From: Candidatus Aminicenantes bacterium | Lineage (GTDB): Bacteria; Acidobacteriota; B3-B38; Guanabaribacteriales; B3-B38 | NCBI GenBank assembly: GCA_029880275.1 | Contig: JAOUOQ010000002.1 | Span: 1 to 33,574, forward strand | DNA: 33,574 nt | Reading direction: 5' to 3' | Program-made: the position numbers and the translations under genes | Shown: one piece after another, positions 1-7,868 of the stretch | How the letters are laid out: each line of letters starts with the position of its first letter | Numbering within the stretch: position 1 is the first letter of the stretch | Notes under the pieces: generated by a model | The model's database searches: none | What the model was told of the DNA's origin: nothing | What the model saw: the letters and a program-made list of their open reading frames with translations, nothing else

Positions 1-1
1 G

Positions 2-382
2 AGTGCTGCCGAGAGCATTACCATCGACCTGGAGGAGCTGATCGAAAAGGGGAACCCGGAGCTGAACCTACCAGTCCAGGCGGGAGATGTGATAAGCATT
101 CCCCCTGAGAAGTATATATATGTCTATGTCTTTGGGGCAGTGAACTCGCCGGGGCAGTTGGAAGTCAAAGAATCAGAGCAAATCACCGTCTTGCAGGCCA
201 TAACCAAAGCCGGTGGTCTTACCGACAGGGCCGCCAGGACAAGGATTAAAATCATCCGCCAGGAGGAAAACGGCAAAAAGCAAATCATCAAGGTAGATCT
301 CAAAGACATTATCAAGGGGAAGAAGAAGGATATCATTCTCCAAAAGGATGACATTGTCATCGTCCCGGAGACCTTTTTCTAA
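2..382 (+). CDS. Polysaccharide export protein, Wza/SLBB type, C-terminal portion (5' end outside window)
   Basis: The frame is open from the window edge (pos 2) to TAA at 380-382, so the GTG at 89 used by the ORF track is internal. The translation ...ELIEKGNPELNLPVQAGDVISIPP...YVFGAVNSPGQLEV...ITVLQAITKAGGLTDRA...LQKDDIVIVPE has the SLBB beta-grasp pattern of Wza/KpsD-family exporters. It lies directly upstream of a Wzc-like gene. Confidence 0.8.
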   Translation, partial: SAAESITIDLEELIEKGNPELNLPVQAGDVISIPPEKYIYVYVFGAVNSPGQLEVKESEQITVLQAITKAGGLTDRAARTRIKIIRQEENGKKQIIKVDLKDIIKGKKKDIILQKDDIVIVPETFF

Positions 383-405
383 TGGAAATTTAACAGGGGA
401 GAATA

Positions 406-2661
406 ATGGAAGAGAATCTGCAGAGGGAAATCAATATCAAGGAGTATTGGCATGTGATAAGGAAGAGGCGATGGACAATCTATACTGTGGTCATAATTCT
501 GGTAATCACAGGAACTATCGGCTCCTTCGTTGCCAAGCCGACCTATAAGGCGACCTGTACCCTGCAGATCGAAAGGGAGAACCCAAAGGTGGTATCCTTT
601 GAAGAGATATTTACTATCGATTCTTCCCAACAGGATTTCTACCAAACCCAATATAAGCTTATCCAGAGCCGTTCGCTGGCAAGGAGAGTCATCAAAAATC
701 TAAATTTGACCTCCCGTCCTGAGTTTTCTCCAGGAAGCAAAGTGGGAATTTTAGGGAGAATAAGAAATATATTTCGCAGTAACAAAGGTGAAAAGAGCGA
801 GGAGTTGGTGAACCCCTACACCGGCTTGATTGACATCTTCTTGAGCAGGCTGCAAGTGGAGCCTATTAGAAACAGCAGGCTGGCTGAAATCTCCTTCATA
901 AGCAATAATCCCAGGCTTTCTGCCGAAGTGATCAATGCGGTGGCGGAGGGATTCATCGAGTCGAACCTGGAGGCGAAGTACTACGCCTCCAAGGAAGCAC
1001 ACGATTTCCTGAGCAAGCAGATCGAGGAGCTGAAAAAGGAGATCGCCTCCAAAGAGGAAGATATGCAGCAATACGCCGGACAGAAAGGCATTATTGCCCT
1101 GGAGGGAGATGAAAACATCATTATAAGCAAGCTGGCGGACCTGAATGCCGAATATACCAGAGCTCAAACCGAAAGGATAGCCAAGGAATCTTACTATAAT
1201 CAGATGAAAAACGCCTCCCCCGATTCCATCCCCGAGGTGTTAAGAAATCCCGTGATTCAAGACCTCAAGAAGGAATATGCCAGGCTGGAAAGAGAGTATG
1301 CCCAAAAATCAGAGCGCTTTAAGGCAGATTGGCCAGAGATGGTAAGGCTCAAAACAGAGTTCGAAAATACAAAACAGAGACTGGACAAGGAGATAAACGA
1401 TATAGTAACCAAGGTGAGGAAATCAGCGGAATCGGAGTATAAAACATCCCTGACAAGAGAGAGTGCGTTAAAAGAGATGCTCGATAAGCAGAAAGCTGAG
1501 GCGATAGAACTCCAAAGAAATTCCATCCTCTATACTACTCTGAAGACCGAGGTGGAAAACAAGCGGAAGCTCCTGGACTCGTTGATGAAAAGGGAGGATG
1601 AAACAGGTGTCTCGGCAGAGTTAAGGGATCTGGGAACCAGCAACATCAGAATAGTCGACCGGGCAGAGATACCTCAGAGCGCATACCGACCAAGAAAGAA
1701 GTTGAACATTATGTTAAGCATCTTTGTCGGTTTGATGCTGGGGACCGGCTTAGCCTTTTTCCTTGAGTATCTGGATAGCTCTTTGAAGAACAAGAAAGAT
1801 GTGGAAATTTATCTGAACCTTCCCACCCTGGCTATTATCGCTTCCCTTGACGGATTAAAAACTTCCAAAGCTTACAAATATGGATACCGTTTTTATTACG
1901 GGATTAAGGGCTCTGAAGAAATGCCAAAATCTATTGAAAAAATTACTCAAACTAATCCTATGTCCTCTATCTCCGAAGCCTATAGGTCAATGCGCACCTC
2001 TCTCTTGCTATCGTCTCCGGAATCCCCACCGCAGGTAATATTGATTACCAGCAGCCAACCCTCTGAGGGAAAAACAATAACCTCAGTAAATCTGGCCATT
2101 ACCTTCACCCATTTAGATAAAAGGGTTCTATTGCTTGAGGGTGACCTGAGGAAGCCCAAGCTTGCCCGCATATTCAATCTTAATAAAGACCCTGGATTAA
2201 CTAGTTTTCTTACCCAGGACATTGATATTGTTACCATAATCAAAAGGACGAATATCGCTAATCTATATGTTATTCCTTCTGGTCCATTGCCCCCTAACCC
2301 AGCGGAATTATTAAGCTCTTCAAAGTTTGATGCTCTAATTGAAGCTTGCCGCGGTTCATTCGCTCACATAATTATAGATTCTCCCCCCTTACTCGCATTT
2401 ACTGATGCCCAGTTGCTGGGTAATAAAGTTGACAGGGTGATATTGGTGGTCAAAGGAGCGGATACGCCAAGAGAAGCGGTTATGCTGGGGAAAGAGAAAT
2501 TAAACAATGCCAAAATAGTAGGGATTGTGCTAAACAATTTAGATGTAATTGAACATCACCATTATTGCCGACATTATTACTACTATGGTAAGAAATATCA
2601 TTATTACCATGGCAAGAAATATCAAGATAAAAAGAAGCAAACGGAAAAGAGGATTCTGTAA
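406..2661 (+). CDS. Fused polysaccharide co-polymerase / BY-family tyrosine autokinase (Wzc/GumC/EpsG-like)
   Basis: 751-aa ORF with a purine-rich SD (AGGGGAG) just before ATG 406. The N-terminal Wzz-type domain has TM1 (WTIYTVVIILVITGTIGSF), a long charged coiled-coil region and TM2 (LNIMLSIFVGLMLGTGLAFFL). The C-terminal kinase has Walker A (SSQPSEGKT), Walker A' (LLLEGDLRKP), Walker B (IIIDSPP) and a terminal Tyr cluster (HHHYCRHYYYYGKKYHYYHGKKY). Confidence 0.9.
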   Translation: MEENLQREINIKEYWHVIRKRRWTIYTVVIILVITGTIGSFVAKPTYKATCTLQIERENPKVVSFEEIFTIDSSQQDFYQTQYKLIQSRSLARRVIKNLNLTSRPEFSPGSKVGILGRIRNIFRSNKGEKSEELVNPYTGLIDIFLSRLQVEPIRNSRLAEISFISNNPRLSAEVINAVAEGFIESNLEAKYYASKEAHDFLSKQIEELKKEIASKEEDMQQYAGQKGIIALEGDENIIISKLADLNAEYTRAQTERIAKESYYNQMKNASPDSIPEVLRNPVIQDLKKEYARLEREYAQKSERFKADWPEMVRLKTEFENTKQRLDKEINDIVTKVRKSAESEYKTSLTRESALKEMLDKQKAEAIELQRNSILYTTLKTEVENKRKLLDSLMKREDETGVSAELRDLGTSNIRIVDRAEIPQSAYRPRKKLNIMLSIFVGLMLGTGLAFFLEYLDSSLKNKKDVEIYLNLPTLAIIASLDGLKTSKAYKYGYRFYYGIKGSEEMPKSIEKITQTNPMSSISEAYRSMRTSLLLSSPESPPQVILITSSQPSEGKTITSVNLAITFTHLDKRVLLLEGDLRKPKLARIFNLNKDPGLTSFLTQDIDIVTIIKRTNIANLYVIPSGPLPPNPAELLSSSKFDALIEACRGSFAHIIIDSPPLLAFTDAQLLGNKVDRVILVVKGADTPREAVMLGKEKLNNAKIVGIVLNNLDVIEHHHYCRHYYYYGKKYHYYHGKKYQDKKKQTEKRIL

Positions 2662-2833
2662 AAGAGCCCCATGCTCATATTTGAACTATTCCATTCTGTT
2701 CAGTAAGAGGAGTATCTATGGCGGTAATGGACGCAATTTATAATATAACTACAGAAAGGAAAAGCACTCTTTCTTATCCAAAGTATAAAAAGAGGGGCTT
2801 AGAATCTTTATAACAATTTATCGGTAGTTATGA

Positions 2834-3133
2834 ATGATGGTAGAAAGAAACGACAACCCTTGGGGTCGAGAGATTATCATTACCAGAACAGGCAGAGGTG
2901 AGGGACGAATATTAAAAATTAACAAAGGGGGAAAGGTAAAAGTTCCCGGTGAGGATGCCCGTCGTATCCTTTTTTTAAACAAAGGAATGGTGGATATAGA
3001 AGTAACAACTATTAGTGAAATTTTCCACACAAAATTGACCCCGGGCAGAGCCTTTAGTTTTGATTACGGAGCAGAGGGAAAGATATCAGCATTGACTGAT
3101 AGTGAGGTCATCGAATTCTCCTATCGAAGATAG
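2834..3133 (+). CDS. Small cupin-like protein (degenerate, lacks metal-binding His motif); function unknown
   Basis: 99-aa ORF in the 556-bp gap between the Wzc-like and NusG-like genes. The layout NPWGREIII...GRILKINKGGKVKVPGEDARRILFLNKGMVDIEV...KLTPGRAFSFDYGAEGKISALTDSEVIEFS mirrors the PWG...cupin barrel of mannose-6-phosphate isomerase type II C-terminal domains. The HxH/E/H positions are not conserved, and the RBS is weak. Confidence 0.4.
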   Translation: MMVERNDNPWGREIIITRTGRGEGRILKINKGGKVKVPGEDARRILFLNKGMVDIEVTTISEIFHTKLTPGRAFSFDYGAEGKISALTDSEVIEFSYRR

Positions 3134-3217
3134 ATTAATGAGAGTAGTATAGCTATAACTCAAAATGTTAAGAGAATATTAGTTCACCTCTTCGGCTTAC
3201 TAATTTGAGGTTCAAAG

Positions 3218-3748
3218 ATGAGTCACTTTGGTCAAGGGAATGATGGTTGTCCTGAGTGGTATGCCGTCTTTACCCGAAGCAGGCACGAGTTTAAGGTCGA
3301 TCATAGATTATCTGACAAACAATTTGAGACCTTTCTGCCTGTAGTTAAGTCGCTACGGCGATGGAAGGACAGAAAGAAGTTTATTGAAAGACCACTGTTT
3401 TCTGGATACCTGTTCCTGCGTTGCCAGATGGACAATGAGAAATACCTGGAGATCCTGAAGACCAGCGGAGTGGTGAGAATCCTGGGAAATAACAAGAAGG
3501 AGTTATCCCCCATCTCGGATGAAGAGATTAAATCAATCAGGATATTAACCGAGAATAAGGCGACCATTAATCACTGCCCCTATGTGAAAGAGGGGGAAAT
3601 GGTGGAAATAGTAAATGGTCCCTTGACTGGTGCTAAAGGTATTCTTATACGCAGAGAGTTGTATAAATCTACAGTAGTGGTATCGGTCCATCTGTTAGGG
3701 AGAAGCATCTCGGTAGAGGTGGACAGCTGTGATATGATGGCGTGCTGA
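3218..3748 (+). CDS. NusG-family transcription antiterminator paralogue (RfaH/UpxY/LoaP-like)
   Basis: 176 aa, with a GAGG SD before the ATG. The NGN domain reads WYAVFTRSRHEFKVDHRLSDKQFETFLPVVKSLRRWKDRKKFIERPLFSGYLFLRC. The C-terminal KOW motif reads GEMVEIVNGPLTGAKGILIR. It is embedded in a polysaccharide operon, as specialised NusG paralogues typically are. Confidence 0.85.
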   Translation: MSHFGQGNDGCPEWYAVFTRSRHEFKVDHRLSDKQFETFLPVVKSLRRWKDRKKFIERPLFSGYLFLRCQMDNEKYLEILKTSGVVRILGNNKKELSPISDEEIKSIRILTENKATINHCPYVKEGEMVEIVNGPLTGAKGILIRRELYKSTVVVSVHLLGRSISVEVDSCDMMAC

Positions 3749-3925
3749 GCTGGTCGAAGATTTTCCGCTAACGCTATTATAATCAGCACGATAAAAGTAA
3801 TCAATCTGGCGGTGTAAAGGCAGCTTATGTAGCTGAGAAAGCGGAGCTGTATATATTTGTGTAATCAAAAATCAAATGTTCATAAAAATAGTCTTTTATA
3901 ATCTACTCTCCTTTTGGATAAGCTT

Positions 3926-4088
3926 AAAGAGAAGATGGGAGACACGAGCGTATAAGATTTAAATGGGGTTCACTATGTTCGATGCGATAATTGTCGGCTC
4001 AGGACTTGCCGGGAGCCATGCAGCGTATCTATTAGCTAAAATAGTATAAGATAGCTTGATATTGGAGGGCAGAAAGATTCCCAAAAAC
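3926..4088 (+). repeat. Direct repeat copy 1 (decayed) of the upstream region plus first ~40 codons of the flavoprotein gene at 5179
   Basis: Hand alignment with 5142-5304 is ungapped. 95 of the first 105 nt are identical (3926-4030 vs 5142-5246), then about 31 of the next 52. Most differences are G/C in the intact copy versus A/T here. Confidence 0.85.
3963..4088 (+). pseudogene. Truncated remnant of the FAD-dependent (geranylgeranyl reductase family) oxidoreductase N-terminus
   Basis: Translates to MGFTMFDAIIVGSGLAGSHAAYLLAKIV*DSLILEGRKIPKN, compared with MGFTMYDAIIVGSGPAGSHAAYLLVKMGYQVLLIEGRKTPKQ for the intact gene at 5179. There is an in-frame TAA after 28 codons and no continuation of the gene. 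Confidence 0.75.
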
Positions 4089-4171
4089 TTATTAGACTTT
4101 CATACGAATAGTTATTGCATGGACTAAATTGAAAGTTCCTATATTATACTTGATGTTTGGTTCAATTAAAA

Positions 4172-5131
4172 ATGCAATGCGAAATTTGTGGCAATAAAGA
4201 AAACAGTAGAAATTATAAAGTAAAAGAGATGATGTTCGGATTTAGAGATACATTTAATTATTTTGAATGTTCTTACTGTGGGTGTCTTCAGATCTCTGAG
4301 ATACCAAAAAATATGTCAAAATATTATCCTTCAAAATATTATTCTTTTCAAAAAAAAATAATTATCCGCGAGAACCAAATAAAGAGTTTTTTTAGAAAAC
4401 ATAGGGATATTTCTGCAATTACTGGCAAAGGACTCATAGGAACCATAACTTCCAAATTTTTCCCTGCTTCTACTTTCTTTACACATTTGAGAAATGTAGA
4501 TATTAACTTAAAATCAAAAATTTTAGATGTAGGATGCGGTACTGGTATTTTATTAAATATTTTAAGCAATGTTGGGTTTGAAAACTTACTGGGCATAGAT
4601 CCATATATTGAAAACGACATAATAAATAAAAAAGGACTTATGATTTTAAAAAAAAATATTCATGAGTTAGAAGAGAATTTCGAATTAATAATATTTAATC
4701 ATTCTTTTGAACATATTTCAGATCCCATTAAAACAATTAAAAAAGTATCAGAACTTTTATTAGAAAATGGCGTATGCTTGATCAGAGCTCCAACAACGTC
4801 TTCTTATGCTTGGAAAAAATATAGACATAATTGGGTACAAATAGACGCCCCAAGACATTTTTTTATATACTCTATTGAAAGCATTAAAATATTAGCTAAT
4901 CAAGCTGGATTGACATTAAAGAATATAATATACGATTCAACTAGCTTACAATTTTGGGGTAGCGAGCAATATGTAAATAATATTCCTCTTTGTTCAAGCA
5001 TTTCATATCGAAATAATCCGCATAAAAGTATATTTTCTTCACGTGAAATTGCATATTTTGAGAGAAAAGCTAAATCTCTTAATAAGAAAAATTTAGGAGA
5101 TCAAGCCACATTTTATTTAACTAAGATTTAG
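4172..5131 (+). CDS. Class I SAM-dependent methyltransferase with N-terminal Cys4 zinc-ribbon
   Basis: The ORF track starts at TTG 4157; ATG 4172 (MQCEICGN...) is the more likely start. It has CxxC...CxxC (CEICGN...CSYCGC), SAM motif I ILDVGCGTGILLN and the post-I/II pattern ELIIFNHSFEHISDP. It is very AT-rich compared with its neighbours. Confidence 0.85.
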   Translation: MQCEICGNKENSRNYKVKEMMFGFRDTFNYFECSYCGCLQISEIPKNMSKYYPSKYYSFQKKIIIRENQIKSFFRKHRDISAITGKGLIGTITSKFFPASTFFTHLRNVDINLKSKILDVGCGTGILLNILSNVGFENLLGIDPYIENDIINKKGLMILKKNIHELEENFELIIFNHSFEHISDPIKTIKKVSELLLENGVCLIRAPTTSSYAWKKYRHNWVQIDAPRHFFIYSIESIKILANQAGLTLKNIIYDSTSLQFWGSEQYVNNIPLCSSISYRNNPHKSIFSSREIAYFERKAKSLNKKNLGDQATFYLTKI

Positions 5132-5141
5132 AGGTTATTGA

Positions 5142-5304
5142 AAAGAGAAAATGGGAGACTCGAGAGTATAAGATTTAAGTGGGGTTCACTATGTACGATG
5201 CGATAATTGTCGGTTCAGGACCTGCCGGAAGCCATGCTGCCTATCTGCTGGTAAAGATGGGATACCAGGTTCTGCTCATAGAGGGGAGAAAGACTCCCAA
5301 ACAA
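5142..5304 (+). repeat. Direct repeat copy 2 (intact, functional copy)
   Basis: See copy 1 (3926-4088). This copy spans the RBS region and the first ~40 codons of the CDS at 5179-6345. Confidence 0.85.
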
Positions 5305-6345
5305 TCCATAAACTGCTCCGGCATAATAGGTCTGGAGGCATTTCGGGAATTTGACCTCTGGGAAGTCCCCATTTTGAATCGTATAAATAAATTCAAATTT
5401 ATATCCCCCGGCGGCAAATCGTTTATCTACCAATCTGATTCTGACCTGGCTCTGGCAGTTGACCGCTCTGGCTTTGACTCTTATTTGACCCGCAGAGCGA
5501 TAAGCGCGGGAGCATCTTTTCTGGATGAGAGCTGGGTGAGGAAAATCCTGACAGATGAAAATGAGGTGAAGGTGTGCATACAAGCTAAAGGTCGCAGCTT
5601 TGAGTTGCGTGCTAAGGTGGGGGTAATAGCGGTGGGATATGGCTCCTCTCTGCTCAAGATGGTAGGGCTTAAAAGCCCCCCGCGCTATATTGAGGCGGTT
5701 CAGGCAGAGGTTTACGGCTCAGGATTTGACCATACCGAGGTATATTTGGGAAACAAGGTTGCCCCCGGCTCTTTTGCCTGGCTTATCCCTTTAGGAGACG
5801 AAAGGGGATTAGTGGGGCTTACCACAGAAAAAGACTCTTTTCAACATCTGCAATTCCTATCACATAAGTTACAAGCTGAGAAAGACATCTCCAGGGTAAC
5901 AAATTTGCAGCACAGTACCATTCCTTTGGGTATCATTCCTAAAGCCATTACAAGAAGAATCCTTGTTGTGGGAGAAGCAGCCGGGCAGGTGAAGACCACC
6001 ACCAATGGCGGTATCTATTATGGGATGATTGGGGCGGAGATAGCTTCCCAGGTCTTAAATAAGGCCTTTCAGCAGAACCGCTTTGACGAAGAGATCTTTC
6101 ATGAATACGACCAATTGTGGAGAGCAAAACTTGCTCCAGAGATTCAGTTAGGGCTTAAATTGAGGGAGATATATTCCCTTTTAAGTGACTCCAGGATTGA
6201 TATGCTGTTCAACATTGTGAGCATGGATGGACTTTTGCCAATTATAAAGAAAAATCTTAATTTTGACTGGCATAAAGGATTGATCTCATCCCTTATTTCA
6301 AACCCTCTTATCCGAAGACTTCTCAGCGTTAAGCTTCAAGGTTGA
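5179..6345 (+). CDS. FAD-dependent oxidoreductase, geranylgeranyl reductase family
   Basis: The N-terminal dinucleotide fold reads DAIIVGSGPAGSHAAYLLVKMGYQVLLIEG. The second FAD motif reads RILVVGEAAGQVKTTTNGGIYYGMIGAE, and the length of ~385 aa fits this family. The true start may be ATG 5191 (MYDAII...) rather than GTG 5179. Confidence 0.8.
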   Translation: MGFTMYDAIIVGSGPAGSHAAYLLVKMGYQVLLIEGRKTPKQSINCSGIIGLEAFREFDLWEVPILNRINKFKFISPGGKSFIYQSDSDLALAVDRSGFDSYLTRRAISAGASFLDESWVRKILTDENEVKVCIQAKGRSFELRAKVGVIAVGYGSSLLKMVGLKSPPRYIEAVQAEVYGSGFDHTEVYLGNKVAPGSFAWLIPLGDERGLVGLTTEKDSFQHLQFLSHKLQAEKDISRVTNLQHSTIPLGIIPKAITRRILVVGEAAGQVKTTTNGGIYYGMIGAEIASQVLNKAFQQNRFDEEIFHEYDQLWRAKLAPEIQLGLKLREIYSLLSDSRIDMLFNIVSMDGLLPIIKKNLNFDWHKGLISSLISNPLIRRLLSVKLQG

Positions 6346-6413
6346 GGCGGGAAAAAATCCCATAGGGTCTGAAAAAGTTCAGAGCACGAAGGTTTAATCT
6401 GCGAGGTCTAATT

Positions 6414-7838
6414 GTGCCTGATATAAAAATTAAAATATGTAATCACATTATTGAAGGAGGGATAATTTCCCTGATACTTTTCAGCCCTTTAGCCTTCGGC
6501 TCGGTAGAGCCCTGGGCCTACTCAATTATTGAAATCACTGTCATTTTTCTCAGCCTGATATGGCTCATAAAAATATGGATGAAGAGCTCAGTCAAAAATA
6601 GACATGCTAACCCATCTACTTTTGGTTTAGATTACCTCAAAACTCCCCTCAATCTGCCTATCCTTATCTTTATAGGATTTATTCTCTTGCAGTTAATACC
6701 TTTGCCTGAGCCTATTCTGAAGGCTGTTTCTCCTCATACTCACGAGATATATATGGAAAGCCAGAACGCAATAAATCAAATAAGCAACGAGCAATTATCA
6801 CCACAAGCGAAAATAGGCTCTCGCTCGCTATCTCTAAATCCTTACACAACCAAAAACGAGCTGTACAAAATAATTGCCTATGCTCTGCTCTTTTTCCTTA
6901 TCATAAATAATATAAATAGTTTTAAGAAAATCAGGAGAATGCTTGCTTACATCGTCATATTTGCTTTTTCCTTATCCCTGTTTGCCATTATTCAGAAACT
7001 GACCTGGAACGGTAAGATCTATTGGTTTAGAGAATTAAGGTATGGTGGCGGGCCTTTTGGTCCCTATGTAAATCACAATCATTACGCCGGCTATATGGAA
7101 ATGGTAATTCCCCTAGCAATCGGGCTGATATTTCTCAATAAGGATTTTAATAAAAAACTTATGTTAGGCTTTATGACCATAGTTATGGCGGGAACAGTTT
7201 TTATGTCAAATTCAAGGGCCGGTATGGTCAGCTTGATCTGCTCCCTTGTTTTCCTATTACTGATGTTGTCGTTTACAAAAAATCCTAAACATCGGTTCCC
7301 CATGGTATTTTTGATAGTTATAAGCCTTCTGCTATTTCTTGGCTATATAGGAATATTATCGGATTCTTTGAACCGGATATTCACGCTCACGGAACCGGAT
7401 AGACTCGCCCAGGAGCTGCGTCCAAAAGTGTGGAAAGATAGCTTATATTATTTCAAAGACTTTCCCATATTCGGTTCAGGACTGGGTACTTTTGAAAATG
7501 TATTCCCGAAATATAAATCTTTTACTAACCAAATGACTTTTTTGTTCGCGGAGAATGATTATCTTCAAACATTAACAGAATGCGGTGCTCTGGGATTTTC
7601 GATAATTTTATGGGGGATCATCGTTTTTTCCGGCGCAATCTTTAGATATGTTAAGAAAGACCCTGTAACCATCTGTTTAGTCACATCGGTGGTGGCCATA
7701 GCCATTCACAGCCTTTTCGATTTTAATCTCCACATACCGGCCAATGCAGTCATTTTTTCTATAATAATCAGCTTAATCTTTGCCTGGAATTATGCCAGAG
7801 GTTATGGCGAAGCCGGAGATGATAAAAAGCAACTATAA
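6414..7838 (+). CDS. O-antigen ligase / Wzy_C-family polytopic membrane protein
   Basis: 474 aa with about 10-12 hydrophobic helices. The core reads HNHYAGYMEMVIPLAIGL...FMSNSRAGMVSLICSLVFLLL, and a large periplasmic-type loop is followed by AENDYLQTLTECGALGF. This is the Wzy_C/O-antigen ligase signature arrangement. GTG start. Confidence 0.75.
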   Translation: MPDIKIKICNHIIEGGIISLILFSPLAFGSVEPWAYSIIEITVIFLSLIWLIKIWMKSSVKNRHANPSTFGLDYLKTPLNLPILIFIGFILLQLIPLPEPILKAVSPHTHEIYMESQNAINQISNEQLSPQAKIGSRSLSLNPYTTKNELYKIIAYALLFFLIINNINSFKKIRRMLAYIVIFAFSLSLFAIIQKLTWNGKIYWFRELRYGGGPFGPYVNHNHYAGYMEMVIPLAIGLIFLNKDFNKKLMLGFMTIVMAGTVFMSNSRAGMVSLICSLVFLLLMLSFTKNPKHRFPMVFLIVISLLLFLGYIGILSDSLNRIFTLTEPDRLAQELRPKVWKDSLYYFKDFPIFGSGLGTFENVFPKYKSFTNQMTFLFAENDYLQTLTECGALGFSIILWGIIVFSGAIFRYVKKDPVTICLVTSVVAIAIHSLFDFNLHIPANAVIFSIIISLIFAWNYARGYGEAGDDKKQL

Positions 7839-7868
7839 ACTCAGCATTCCATAGCTTCACATTTAGAA

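Noticed and set aside
124-2243. Antisense ORFs inside the Wza-like and Wzc-like genes (124-360, 379-651, 751-1167, 1257-1526, 1980-2243). Similar shadow ORFs lie inside the other long CDSs (e.g. 5215-5583, 19099-20597, 26331-26724, 31482-32489)
   Set aside because: They lie entirely opposite strongly supported sense-strand genes with clear family motifs. They have low-complexity translations and no RBS, which is typical of shadow ORFs.
2720-2731. ops-like motifs for the NusG paralogue: GGCGGTAATGGA at 2720 and GGCGGTGTAAAG at 3808-3819, compared with the RfaH ops core GGCGGTAG
   Set aside because: These are only 6-7 nt partial matches. An equally good match (GGCGGTAT, 6007-6014) lies inside the flavoprotein CDS, so chance explains them. 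The ops sequence of enterobacterial RfaH need not apply to this lineage.
2549-2743. 64-aa + strand ORF overlapping the end of the Wzc-like gene in another frame
   Set aside because: It is an out-of-frame reading of the Tyr/His/Lys-rich tail region, with no independent support.
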